Source: Bermanella sp. WJH001 (GTDB lineage: Bacteria; Pseudomonadota; Gammaproteobacteria; Pseudomonadales; Oceanobacteraceae). From it: 32,000 bases of DNA. How positions within the stretch are numbered: the stretch's first letter is position 1; each line of letters starts with the position of its first letter. The translations under genes were made by a program, and so were the position numbers. Shown one piece after another: positions 7,153 to 14,826 of the stretch. Location of the stretch: assembly GCF_030070105.2 (NCBI RefSeq), contig NZ_CP194951.1, positions 965,511 through 997,510 on the forward strand, written 5' to 3'. Below the pieces are notes generated by a model that saw only the letters and a program-made list of their open reading frames with translations, had not been told where the DNA came from and searched no databases.

Positions 7153-7848
7153 ATGATAAAAATAATAACAATGATTTTTGCAACATTCGTACTAATTAAT
7201 ACGTCTGGTTGTCTGCATATCTACCAATCCCTAGGGCACAATTTTGGTGCTTATATTGCTACCGTTTCGGGTAAAGAATATTCACAGGTGGGCAATCGCT
7301 GGGATTATGAAAATAAAGCACTGCTGTATGTCTATCGCCCTAATAGTCAGTGGGCGGCTGACGAAGTTGAAGCCCCTAGTTTTTATTTAGAAGACGAGCG
7401 CGTGTTTAATATCCGTGCAAATGGCTATACCTGGTTTGAGCTTGAACCTGGTGAATATGAAGTGGTGATGCGTCGTCCATTGATGGGTCTTGAAGGCATT
7501 GCCACCGAAAGTTTTGAATTTGATCTATCGCGCATTGCACAAATGAATCTGTCGGTTGAAGCCGATAAGGTTTATTTCTTACGTTATAGTGAAATTGATC
7601 CTCCTGAACTTGAACATCAAACCTTAAAAGAAGACATGCCTTTGGGTGATGGCCCGCTGATGTTGGTTTCAACGGACCTTGCTCATAGTGAATTAGCAGC
7701 CACACGCATGTTGCCAGAAGGTGGCCGTTTTATTAAATCGAAAGGCGCTCTTAGCGAAGATGAGCTAGAAGAAGTGTTCGATAGTCGTGTCATTGACTTA
7801 AGCCAAGAAGAGCCAGAAGACACAAATACCATGAAATGGTGGTGGTAA
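7153..7848 (+). CDS. Lipoprotein, DUF2846-like
   Basis: Lipobox LINTSGC. LLYVYRPNS...FNIRANGYTWFELEPGEYEVVM fits the DUF2846 pattern as I recall it. Acidic tail ending in MKWWW. Confidence 0.65.
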   Translation: MIKIITMIFATFVLINTSGCLHIYQSLGHNFGAYIATVSGKEYSQVGNRWDYENKALLYVYRPNSQWAADEVEAPSFYLEDERVFNIRANGYTWFELEPGEYEVVMRRPLMGLEGIATESFEFDLSRIAQMNLSVEADKVYFLRYSEIDPPELEHQTLKEDMPLGDGPLMLVSTDLAHSELAATRMLPEGGRFIKSKGALSEDELEEVFDSRVIDLSQEEPEDTNTMKWWW

Positions 7849-7861
7849 CTGCGTTTGGCGG

Positions 7862-7891
7862 TTACGTCATTTTAAGCCACCATGCTACAAT
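7862..7891 (+). promoter_or_regulatory. Candidate sigma-70 promoter of the fumarase gene
   Basis: TTACGT (7862-7867), an 18-nt spacer, then TGcTACAAT (extended -10; TACAAT at 7886-7891), 44 nt before the ATG. Confidence 0.3.
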
Positions 7892-7934
7892 ACCCACACA
7901 ACTATTATTCAATTGATTATTGAGAGACCCTGCC

Positions 7935-9449
7935 ATGACTGTGATCAAGCAAGAAGATCTGATCCAGAGTGTTGCTGATGCCCTTCAGTATATTTCTTAT
8001 TACCACCCATTGGACTTCATCAAAGCGATGGAAGAAGCCTACGAGAAAGAAGAGAGCCAAGGCGCTAAAGACGCCATCGCTCAAATTCTAATCAACTCTC
8101 GTATGTGTGCCATGGGTCACCGCCCAATTTGTCAGGATACCGGTATTGTTACTGTATTTTTGACCATTGGTATGGACGTTAAATTTGAAGACGCCACTAT
8201 GGATGTAGAAGCCATGGCCAATGAAGGCGTGCGTCGTGCTTATTTGCTGCCTGATAACATTTTACGTGCATCGGTATTAGCCGACCCAGACGGTAAGCGC
8301 ACTAATACCAAAGACAATACTCCTGCGGTTATTCATACCAAGCTAGTTCAAGGTAACACTGTTGATGTACACGTGGCTGCAAAAGGCGGCGGCTCTGAGG
8401 CCAAGTCTAAGTTTGCCATGTTGAATCCGTCTGATTCGGTTGTAGATTGGGTACTTGAGCAAATTCCTAAAATGGGTGCGGGCTGGTGTCCACCAGGTAT
8501 GTTAGGCATAGGTATTGGTGGTACGGCTGAAAAAGCCATGATGATCGCCAAAGAAGCCTTGCTTGAACCAATTAACATCAAAGAATTACAAGCTCGTGGT
8601 GCGCAAAATCGTTCAGAAGAATTGCGTTTAGAGCTATACGAAAAAGTGAATAAATTAGGTATTGGTGCACAAGGTCTAGGCGGTTTAACCACTGTGTTAG
8701 ACGTTAAAGTTGCCGATTACCCAACACACGCGGCCAATAAACCCGTTGCTATCATTCCTAACTGTGCGGCTACGCGCCACGCGCACTTTGAGTTAGATGG
8801 TTCTGGTCCTGCTAAATTAGAACCGCCTAAGCTAGAAGATTGGCCTGAAATCACGTGGGAAGTAGGCGAAAGCGTACGTCGTGTTGATTTAAACACCATT
8901 ACTCGTGAAGAAATGAAAGACTGGAAGCCAGGGGAAACCATTTTGCTTAACGGTAAAATGCTTACCGGTCGTGATGCCGCCCATAAACGTATGGTGGATA
9001 TGATCGAAAAAGGCGAAGAGCTGCCAGTTGATCTTAAGAATCGTTTCATTTATTACGTGGGTCCGGTTGACCCAGTTCGTGAAGAAGTAGTTGGTCCTGC
9101 TGGCCCAACAACGGCAACACGCATGGACAAATTCACCCGTACCGTACTAGAAAAAACCGGTTTAATGGGCATGATCGGTAAAGCCGAACGTGGTCAAATT
9201 GCCATTGATGCAATCAAGGACAATCAAGCGTCTTACTTAATGGCAGTGGGTGGTGCCGCTTATCTGGTATCACAAGCCATTAAAAACGCAGAAGTAGTTG
9301 GCTTTGCAGACCTAGGTATGGAAGCTATCTACGAGTTTGATGTTGTGGACATGCCAGTTACCGTTGCGGTTGATGTGAACGGTACTTCTGTTCATAAAAC
9401 TGGCCCACAAGAGTGGTATGCGAAAATCAATGCGAAAGAAGTAAACTAA
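7935..9449 (+). CDS. fumA: Class I (Fe-S, FumA-type) fumarate hydratase
   Basis: ICQDTGIVTVF, GGGSEAKSKF, NCAATRHAHFELDG and C-terminal beta-subunit-like GPAGPTTATRMD are class I fumarase/tartrate dehydratase motifs. ATG at 7935 preferred over TTG at 7920. Confidence 0.9.
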   Translation: MTVIKQEDLIQSVADALQYISYYHPLDFIKAMEEAYEKEESQGAKDAIAQILINSRMCAMGHRPICQDTGIVTVFLTIGMDVKFEDATMDVEAMANEGVRRAYLLPDNILRASVLADPDGKRTNTKDNTPAVIHTKLVQGNTVDVHVAAKGGGSEAKSKFAMLNPSDSVVDWVLEQIPKMGAGWCPPGMLGIGIGGTAEKAMMIAKEALLEPINIKELQARGAQNRSEELRLELYEKVNKLGIGAQGLGGLTTVLDVKVADYPTHAANKPVAIIPNCAATRHAHFELDGSGPAKLEPPKLEDWPEITWEVGESVRRVDLNTITREEMKDWKPGETILLNGKMLTGRDAAHKRMVDMIEKGEELPVDLKNRFIYYVGPVDPVREEVVGPAGPTTATRMDKFTRTVLEKTGLMGMIGKAERGQIAIDAIKDNQASYLMAVGGAAYLVSQAIKNAEVVGFADLGMEAIYEFDVVDMPVTVAVDVNGTSVHKTGPQEWYAKINAKEVN

Positions 9450-9473
9450 GTTTAATCGATGCGTTGATGAATT

Positions 9474-9496
9474 AAGGGGCTTCGGCCCCTTTTTTT
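9474..9496 (+). terminator. Rho-independent terminator
   Basis: AAGGGGC-TTCG-GCCCCTT followed by T7. Confidence 0.85.
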
Positions 9497-9520
9497 ATGG
9501 GTGAATTATGAGGAGCAGTG

Positions 9521-9856
9521 ATGTTAACGGATTTACATTGTGAAATTTGTAATCGTGACTCGGTCAAAGTAACCGAGCAAGAGTGCGCTGAGTATTTAAA
9601 GTTTTTGCCTCACTGGCAAATAATTACAGAGAATAATGTACAAAAATTACGCCGTGAATTTAAATTTACTACATATCAAGCAGGATTGAACTTTACCAAT
9701 CAAGTGGCCGCGTTAGCAGAAGATGAAAACCACCATCCCGATCTGATATTGCAGTGGGGGCGCGTCACGGTAATATGGTGGACACATTCGATAAATGCTT
9801 TGCATAAAAATGATTTTATTTTAGCGGCTAAAACCGATGTTTTATATCAAGATTAA
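9521..9856 (+). CDS. phhB: Pterin-4-alpha-carbinolamine dehydratase
   Basis: About 110 aa. EDENHHPDL...WGRVTVIWWTHS...L..ND is the PCD/DCoH signature. Confidence 0.85.
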   Translation: MLTDLHCEICNRDSVKVTEQECAEYLKFLPHWQIITENNVQKLRREFKFTTYQAGLNFTNQVAALAEDENHHPDLILQWGRVTVIWWTHSINALHKNDFILAAKTDVLYQD

Positions 9857-10197
9857 CGGCTGAGCCGAATGGTACTTACTCTTAACACCCTGCCTTCACA
9901 GCCGTTGGTGATAATGGCCAGCGGCAAGCGGCTCTTGAAAGCCTCAAGGGCTAACAAAAAACGCCTTTGTGCCACCGCATCATATTCACTGTAAACCCGA
10001 TAAACATTGGAAGGCTTGCCACCGCAGTTGTGAATTTTATTACTTGAATGGATATCAAACGGAGCTTCTTCGTCATCTTCGCGCTGCTCTAAGGCACTTA
10101 CCACTAATCCCTCCACAATTTGATCGCTCGACCAAGATATGGCCGAAACTGTGCACATTAGCAGTGAGCAAATAAATATGCGTAATGACATTATCAT
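9853..10197 (-). CDS. Small secreted hypothetical protein (cysteine-containing)
   Basis: Signal peptide (MIM)SLRIFICSLLMCTVSAISWSS. The second ATG at 10191 has the better AGGA spacing. Its stop overlaps the phhB stop (TTAA, 9853-9856). A sigma-28-like promoter lies upstream. Confidence 0.55.
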   Translation of the reverse strand: MIMSLRIFICSLLMCTVSAISWSSDQIVEGLVVSALEQREDDEEAPFDIHSSNKIHNCGGKPSNVYRVYSEYDAVAQRRFLLALEAFKSRLPLAIITNGCEGRVLRVSTIRLSR

Positions 10198-10228
10198 CCT
10201 GTTTTAACTTTCTATTCTTATGTTGTGG

Positions 10229-10255
10229 CTATCGGCTTATTAACTAAAAACTAAA
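10229..10255 (-). promoter_or_regulatory. Sigma-28 (FliA)-like promoter reading into the 114-aa ORF
   Basis: The minus strand reads TTTAGTTT-N11-GCCGATAG, against the enterobacterial consensus TAAAGTTT-N11-GCCGATAA (13 of 16 positions, exact spacing). It lies about 30 nt upstream of the start codon. Confidence 0.45.
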
Positions 10256-10341
10256 GCTTTTTCAAAACTAAACATAGCGTGTGCTGATGCTTGGACTATG
10301 CTTTGTTTATAAGTGTATGGCGAAAATGGATGATGCCAAGG

Positions 10342-11442
10342 ATGAAGCATAATAACGGACTTTATTCATATAAATATGTAATTTTATCGGCACTATTTTT
10401 TATAGTTTGCGCCATATATTCGTCATATTCTGTGTCTGAAACGCGAGTTGTCACATCGGATGTTCCTGGTTTTGGCTTACCGCCTACCATGTATGCTGGT
10501 TTTTCTCGGCTTCTTGATGACGAAAGTATTTTAGTACCAGAAGAATTGTTAGACGTTGATAAAAATATCAAACGCATTGCCTTTTATTTTAATGGCGATC
10601 GCCTTCACCGAAAAATCCCCAAACAAGTCCACCTGATGATCGAGAATAAACTACTTGGTAAGTTCATGGGCCTTGGTCGTTTTGAAGTGATCGACTGTAT
10701 TGAATGCCGCACCACTCGAGTGAACTTTGAAGATTCCCGCATGCTCATTAGTCAAAGTGCTCAAAGCAACCAAGATTTGCGTAATTTATCCAAAGAAGTG
10801 CGTGCCGATGCCTTCCTGTTATGGAGTGCCAGTGTGCACGAAGAAAAATTCACCATAAATTTACGTCTAGTCAGTGCAAAAAGTAACGAACTGGTTTGGT
10901 TAAAAGAATACGCGAAAAAAACAACCCGTGAGCAAGAAGAGCTTGAATTTGAAAGCATTGAATTAGAAATGGTGGTCAGCTCTTGGGGGCTGGCGGCTGA
11001 ACGAGATGGTGTGGGGGCAGTAGAGGATGCGTCACTCAGTGGTGTAACTGGGTTTGGTATCCGTCGCCGCGAGTACACCACGTTAAATAAAGATGTGGAA
11101 TACAGCTTGGGGGTTGAATACTTCCGTAACTTTTCAAGTACCGATGAATTTAATATCAGCGGTTTTAATTTAGAAGGGCGAATTTTTGTCAACATTTCAG
11201 CGTTGAAAGACTGGGTAAATACCAAGGCCTATGTGGGTATTGGCCAAGCATTTTTTAGTGGCAGCCACGGCTTAATGATGAAGTTTGGATTGGAGTTTCC
11301 CTTTGTGACCAACGGCTTTATGGCCATAGGAGCTGTGTATTTAGTCAAAGAAGAAGTGGAATGGGATAGCAACTCAGATTATGAGGACAGCTCAGAGTTT
11401 GGTGGTGCAGGTTTAGATTTAACACTTGGCTATCGCTTTTAA
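10342..11442 (+). CDS. Putative outer-membrane beta-barrel protein with an N-terminal periplasmic domain (gene 1 of the motor-like operon)
   Basis: Signal peptide MKHNNGLYSYKYVILSALFFIVCAIYSSYSVSE. The C-terminal half shows alternating hydrophobic/G-rich strands and ends in LTLGYRF (terminal aromatic typical of BAM substrates). Start is ambiguous (10291, 10330 or 10342). Confidence 0.7.
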   Translation: MKHNNGLYSYKYVILSALFFIVCAIYSSYSVSETRVVTSDVPGFGLPPTMYAGFSRLLDDESILVPEELLDVDKNIKRIAFYFNGDRLHRKIPKQVHLMIENKLLGKFMGLGRFEVIDCIECRTTRVNFEDSRMLISQSAQSNQDLRNLSKEVRADAFLLWSASVHEEKFTINLRLVSAKSNELVWLKEYAKKTTREQEELEFESIELEMVVSSWGLAAERDGVGAVEDASLSGVTGFGIRRREYTTLNKDVEYSLGVEYFRNFSSTDEFNISGFNLEGRIFVNISALKDWVNTKAYVGIGQAFFSGSHGLMMKFGLEFPFVTNGFMAIGAVYLVKEEVEWDSNSDYEDSSEFGGAGLDLTLGYRF

Positions 11443-11452
11443 GGAATAAAAT

Positions 11453-12082
11453 ATGAAAACCATTTTATTGCCAGTCTTGATCTCAATTAGCGTTTTAGCT
11501 GGCTGCTCCATTGAGCAATTTGCTATGGAAAAAGACCCCTTTGTGGCGCAAAAGCCAGATAAAGACGTGGACCCCTTAACCGTAGACAGTGCCGAATACG
11601 CAAAAAATAATCATGGTCTAGTGAATATTCACCGCCATGGCCCAGGCTATGATGTGATGATGATGTTAAATGCGGGTGAGAGTGACATTATTTTTAGCAT
11701 GGATTTACCAGTCGGTGGTGAAACCTATATGCCTGAAATATCCGAGCAAATGAAAGCCCAGCGTGAAAAAGGAAAAGCGCCAGATAGCATTGAAGAAGAA
11801 AAAGATTTCTTTAACGAAAAAGCACTTTCATTATTTTCAGATGCCACCAAACATATGTTAAGTGCCCAAGCCTTGTTTTATCGTAAGTCCTACTGGAAAG
11901 CATTAGAAGAAACCAATAAAGCCATGTCACTGGTGCCATCGTCTGCGCAAGCTCATGCCCTGAAGGGCAGTATCTATTACAAGATGGGCAGAAAAAAAGA
12001 CGCCAAGGTTTCTTGGCAGCAAGCATTACAATTAGACCCTTCTTTAACGGACGTTAAAGAGAGTTTGAAACTCGTGAAGTAA
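11453..12082 (+). CDS. TPR-repeat lipoprotein (gene 2 of the motor-like operon)
   Basis: Lipobox VLAGC. The C-terminal sequence AQALFYRKSYWKALEETNKAMSLVPSSAQAHALKGSIYYKMGRKKDAKVSWQQALQLDP is TPR-like. AAGGA RBS, 10-nt gap to the upstream gene. Confidence 0.8.
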   Translation: MKTILLPVLISISVLAGCSIEQFAMEKDPFVAQKPDKDVDPLTVDSAEYAKNNHGLVNIHRHGPGYDVMMMLNAGESDIIFSMDLPVGGETYMPEISEQMKAQREKGKAPDSIEEEKDFFNEKALSLFSDATKHMLSAQALFYRKSYWKALEETNKAMSLVPSSAQAHALKGSIYYKMGRKKDAKVSWQQALQLDPSLTDVKESLKLVK

Positions 12083-12091
12083 GGGGCATCT

Positions 12092-14032
12092 ATGTTGAGA
12101 CAATATTTATTAGTAAGCCTTGCTCTAATTAGTATTTCGCTAATGGTTCAAGGAGCGAATAGTCCGGTAGAAGTGCAAACCAAAACCGACGACCTTGAAG
12201 AGATTCAATTAAAATCCCGCTTAGAAGAAAGCTTGGCTCGCGATATACAATCTTACTTAGGGCATAACCGCTTTATTGTGAATGTGAATGTAAGGCTTGA
12301 AAAAATACGTCAGGTGATCAAGAAAAAAAATAAACCAGAAACTAAACCTAATAAGGCATATCAGCCTACTTTTTTACCAAAGTTAACCTTTCCTAATTCG
12401 GTTGAATCAGATGACTCGGAACAAGTGGAAAGCCTGCCTGGTTTGCCGTTTGTTGATATTCCTGGTGATAAAGAAAAAGACGCAGAGCTTCAGTTTATGC
12501 GTGAGCAAATTGAACGCCTTCAAAATGAGCAGCGTCAGCCTAGGTGGCAAAACGGTGAAGGTGATGATGAGAATGGTAATGGCTCAACGGAGGAAACCGT
12601 AGGCGTATTTAATCGCATTGCAAAATTAAAAGTGACCCTTGCGGTTGAAGAAAGTATTAGCTCTGAGCAAGAGGCTTTTTTAAGAAATCTTGTTTATCAA
12701 AAAGCGGCGTTAAATGATTTACGTGGTGATGAATTAAAGATTGTTAAAACACAATTTTCTGCCTTACCCATCAGCGAAAAAGAAATGGCTAATTTGGCCT
12801 CCCCTTATACAGATGAGGCTGCACCTGCTCAAAGCTGGATGGATGAAAATTTTAACGCGCTATTATTAGGCTTGTTGAGTCTGCTTGCTTTGTTGTTAAT
12901 TAGTTTGATTATTTTGTCGTTACGTAAAAAGAATAAACCTAATGATTTACCAGCGGCCATACCTGTGCCTAAGGAACTCAGCGCTGAAAACCCCAAGCCA
13001 GCAGAGCAAGAAGGCCCAGATAATAAACAGATAATGCAAAAAACACGTCAAGAGATTATCTCTTTAGGCTTGGGCCAGCCTCAACATGTGCAAGGCACCA
13101 TGGATCAGTTGTTAAGCCAAGAAGAAAAAATCCCAATGGCGGCCTCTATTTACAAGGTATTAGGGCGCAGTTTATTTCGTTCTATTTTTCCTAATGTGGA
13201 ACAACTGCAACTGCAAAGTATCATGGCTCATTTAGCGGATCAGGCTCCTGATGAAGACCAGCAATTTCAAGATACCCAAGACTTTTATCAGTTGTTGCAA
13301 AAAGCGGTGCAAGAAACAGATGAAGTGAAATCTCATCCGTTTGAATTTTTAGGTAAGTTAAACGACAGCCAAGTGCTGTATTTGATGCAGCATGAAGATG
13401 CACGTATCCAGGCTTTAGTGATTAGTCAGTTGCAAGCACAACAAGCTGCAAGGGTTTTAAATCGAATCAATGAAAAACGCCAAGCCCAAGTGATTGCCGA
13501 ACTTGGCCAGTTTGAAACCTTCCCTCTTGATACCTTTAAGGATGTAGCAGATCGCTTAGCAAAAGCGGCACTTAAGGTTCCAAGCTTTGAAAATGTAAAC
13601 GCTGATGGCCTACACATGCTGATGAATATGTTAGATAACATGAATTCAACAGAAGAAAACAAAGTGCTAAAACGTTTAAAACAAGATAAGCCCGATACCT
13701 TTTATAAATTGCGCCAACAATATTTTACCTTTGCGGATATTGCTAAAACACCAAGGCAAATTCTTAGTAATGCCTTACGTGAAGTGGAACGTAGTTTTAT
13801 TGGGCGTGCCATTTGCGGCACACCGGATGAGTTTAAAATCCATGTTTTATCCTCGCTTACACCAAAACTCAAAGCTTTAGCGCAAGAAGATCTTAAACGC
13901 TATGAGGGACGAATAGCAGCAAAAGACATTGAACCAGCCCGTAAAGCCATTGTGCATAAACTGCGTGAGTACATTCATACGGGTAAATTTTCGATGGATG
14001 AGTTGCAAGCTAAAAAGCAGGCTGAATCATGA
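12092..14032 (+). CDS. Bitopic inner-membrane protein: FliF/YscJ-like ring-building periplasmic domain fused to a FliG-like (middle plus C-terminal) cytoplasmic domain
   Basis: N-terminal hydrophobic anchor. LEESLARDIQSYLGHNRFIVNVNVRLEK and KLKVTLAVEE...LRNLVYQKAALNDLRGDELKIVKTQF resemble FliF/YscJ RBM signatures. TM helix is LLLGLLSLLALLLISLIILSL. The C-terminal ~250 aa are collinear with FliG: FEFLGKLNDSQVLYLMQHEDARIQALVISQLQAQQAARVL..., YFTFADI (MFxF position), and KLKALAQEDLKRYEGR at the torque-helix position. Confidence 0.65.
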   Translation: MLRQYLLVSLALISISLMVQGANSPVEVQTKTDDLEEIQLKSRLEESLARDIQSYLGHNRFIVNVNVRLEKIRQVIKKKNKPETKPNKAYQPTFLPKLTFPNSVESDDSEQVESLPGLPFVDIPGDKEKDAELQFMREQIERLQNEQRQPRWQNGEGDDENGNGSTEETVGVFNRIAKLKVTLAVEESISSEQEAFLRNLVYQKAALNDLRGDELKIVKTQFSALPISEKEMANLASPYTDEAAPAQSWMDENFNALLLGLLSLLALLLISLIILSLRKKNKPNDLPAAIPVPKELSAENPKPAEQEGPDNKQIMQKTRQEIISLGLGQPQHVQGTMDQLLSQEEKIPMAASIYKVLGRSLFRSIFPNVEQLQLQSIMAHLADQAPDEDQQFQDTQDFYQLLQKAVQETDEVKSHPFEFLGKLNDSQVLYLMQHEDARIQALVISQLQAQQAARVLNRINEKRQAQVIAELGQFETFPLDTFKDVADRLAKAALKVPSFENVNADGLHMLMNMLDNMNSTEENKVLKRLKQDKPDTFYKLRQQYFTFADIAKTPRQILSNALREVERSFIGRAICGTPDEFKIHVLSSLTPKLKALAQEDLKRYEGRIAAKDIEPARKAIVHKLREYIHTGKFSMDELQAKKQAES

Positions 14033-14826
14033 TTAGCTTTAGTACGTTAATTGGCATAACCGCAGGTATTGGCTTATTTATTATGGCCATTATCAGTAGC
14101 ACTGATAATTACATGATGTTTATCAGTCTTGCCAGCGCCATGATGGTGATTGGTAGTACCTTTGCAGCGTCGTTGATTAGCTTTAGTTTTTTAGAGGTGA
14201 TGCATGCCATCAAAGCCATGTTTCAAACATTAGCGGCAAGTCGAACCACCCAAGGGCATTTACGTGACTTAGTAAAACGCTTTGTGGAATTTAGTCGTAT
14301 TTATCGTGACGGCGGTATTTCTGCCCTTGAGGACAGTTTAACCAAGCAAGAGAAAAAAGATGAATTTCTGGCGTTAGGTTTGGAGCTAATGGGTTCGGGT
14401 TACAAGCAAAGTGATATTCGCGTGATTATGGGGGATGCCATGGACAGTCATTGGCAGCGCCAAAGTTTAGAAGGCAAAATCCTCAATACCATGGGAGTGT
14501 ATGCACCGGGCTTTGGCATGGTGGGTACAATCGTAGGCTTGATCATCATGCTTGATAACATGGGTGATGATATGGCGAACTTGGGTAAGGGTCTTGCCTT
14601 GGCGTTAATCACCACCTTGTATGGTGTGTTATTGGCCAATTTGTTATTTAAACCCACCGCTGCCCAGGTGACCGAAAAACAAGAGCAGGAATATTTCCGT
14701 AATCAACTGATCACAGATGGGTTTGTATTGCTGGCCGAAAAGAAAGATGCCCTTGTGATGCAAGACCGTCTCAACGCTTATGTTAAACCCACTAAGCGCT
14801 TTACCATAGTTGAAGCCAATGAGTGA
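14029..14826 (+). CDS. MotA/PomA-family stator channel subunit
   Basis: Four-TM layout. Cytoplasmic loop RIYRDGGISALED. YAPGFGMVGTIVGLIIML...GKGLALALITTLYGVLLANLLFKP is the MotA_ExbB signature including the conserved Pro. The start overlaps the upstream stop (ATGA). Confidence 0.88.
   Translation: MISFSTLIGITAGIGLFIMAIISSTDNYMMFISLASAMMVIGSTFAASLISFSFLEVMHAIKAMFQTLAASRTTQGHLRDLVKRFVEFSRIYRDGGISALEDSLTKQEKKDEFLALGLELMGSGYKQSDIRVIMGDAMDSHWQRQSLEGKILNTMGVYAPGFGMVGTIVGLIIMLDNMGDDMANLGKGLALALITTLYGVLLANLLFKPTAAQVTEKQEQEYFRNQLITDGFVLLAEKKDALVMQDRLNAYVKPTKRFTIVEANE

Noticed and set aside
10285-10310. Sigma-54 promoter (TGGAC-N-TTTG) in front of the motor-like operon.
   Set aside because: Counting GG-N10 lands on GT, not the invariant GC, and the -12 element TTGC is absent. 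The match is too weak to report.
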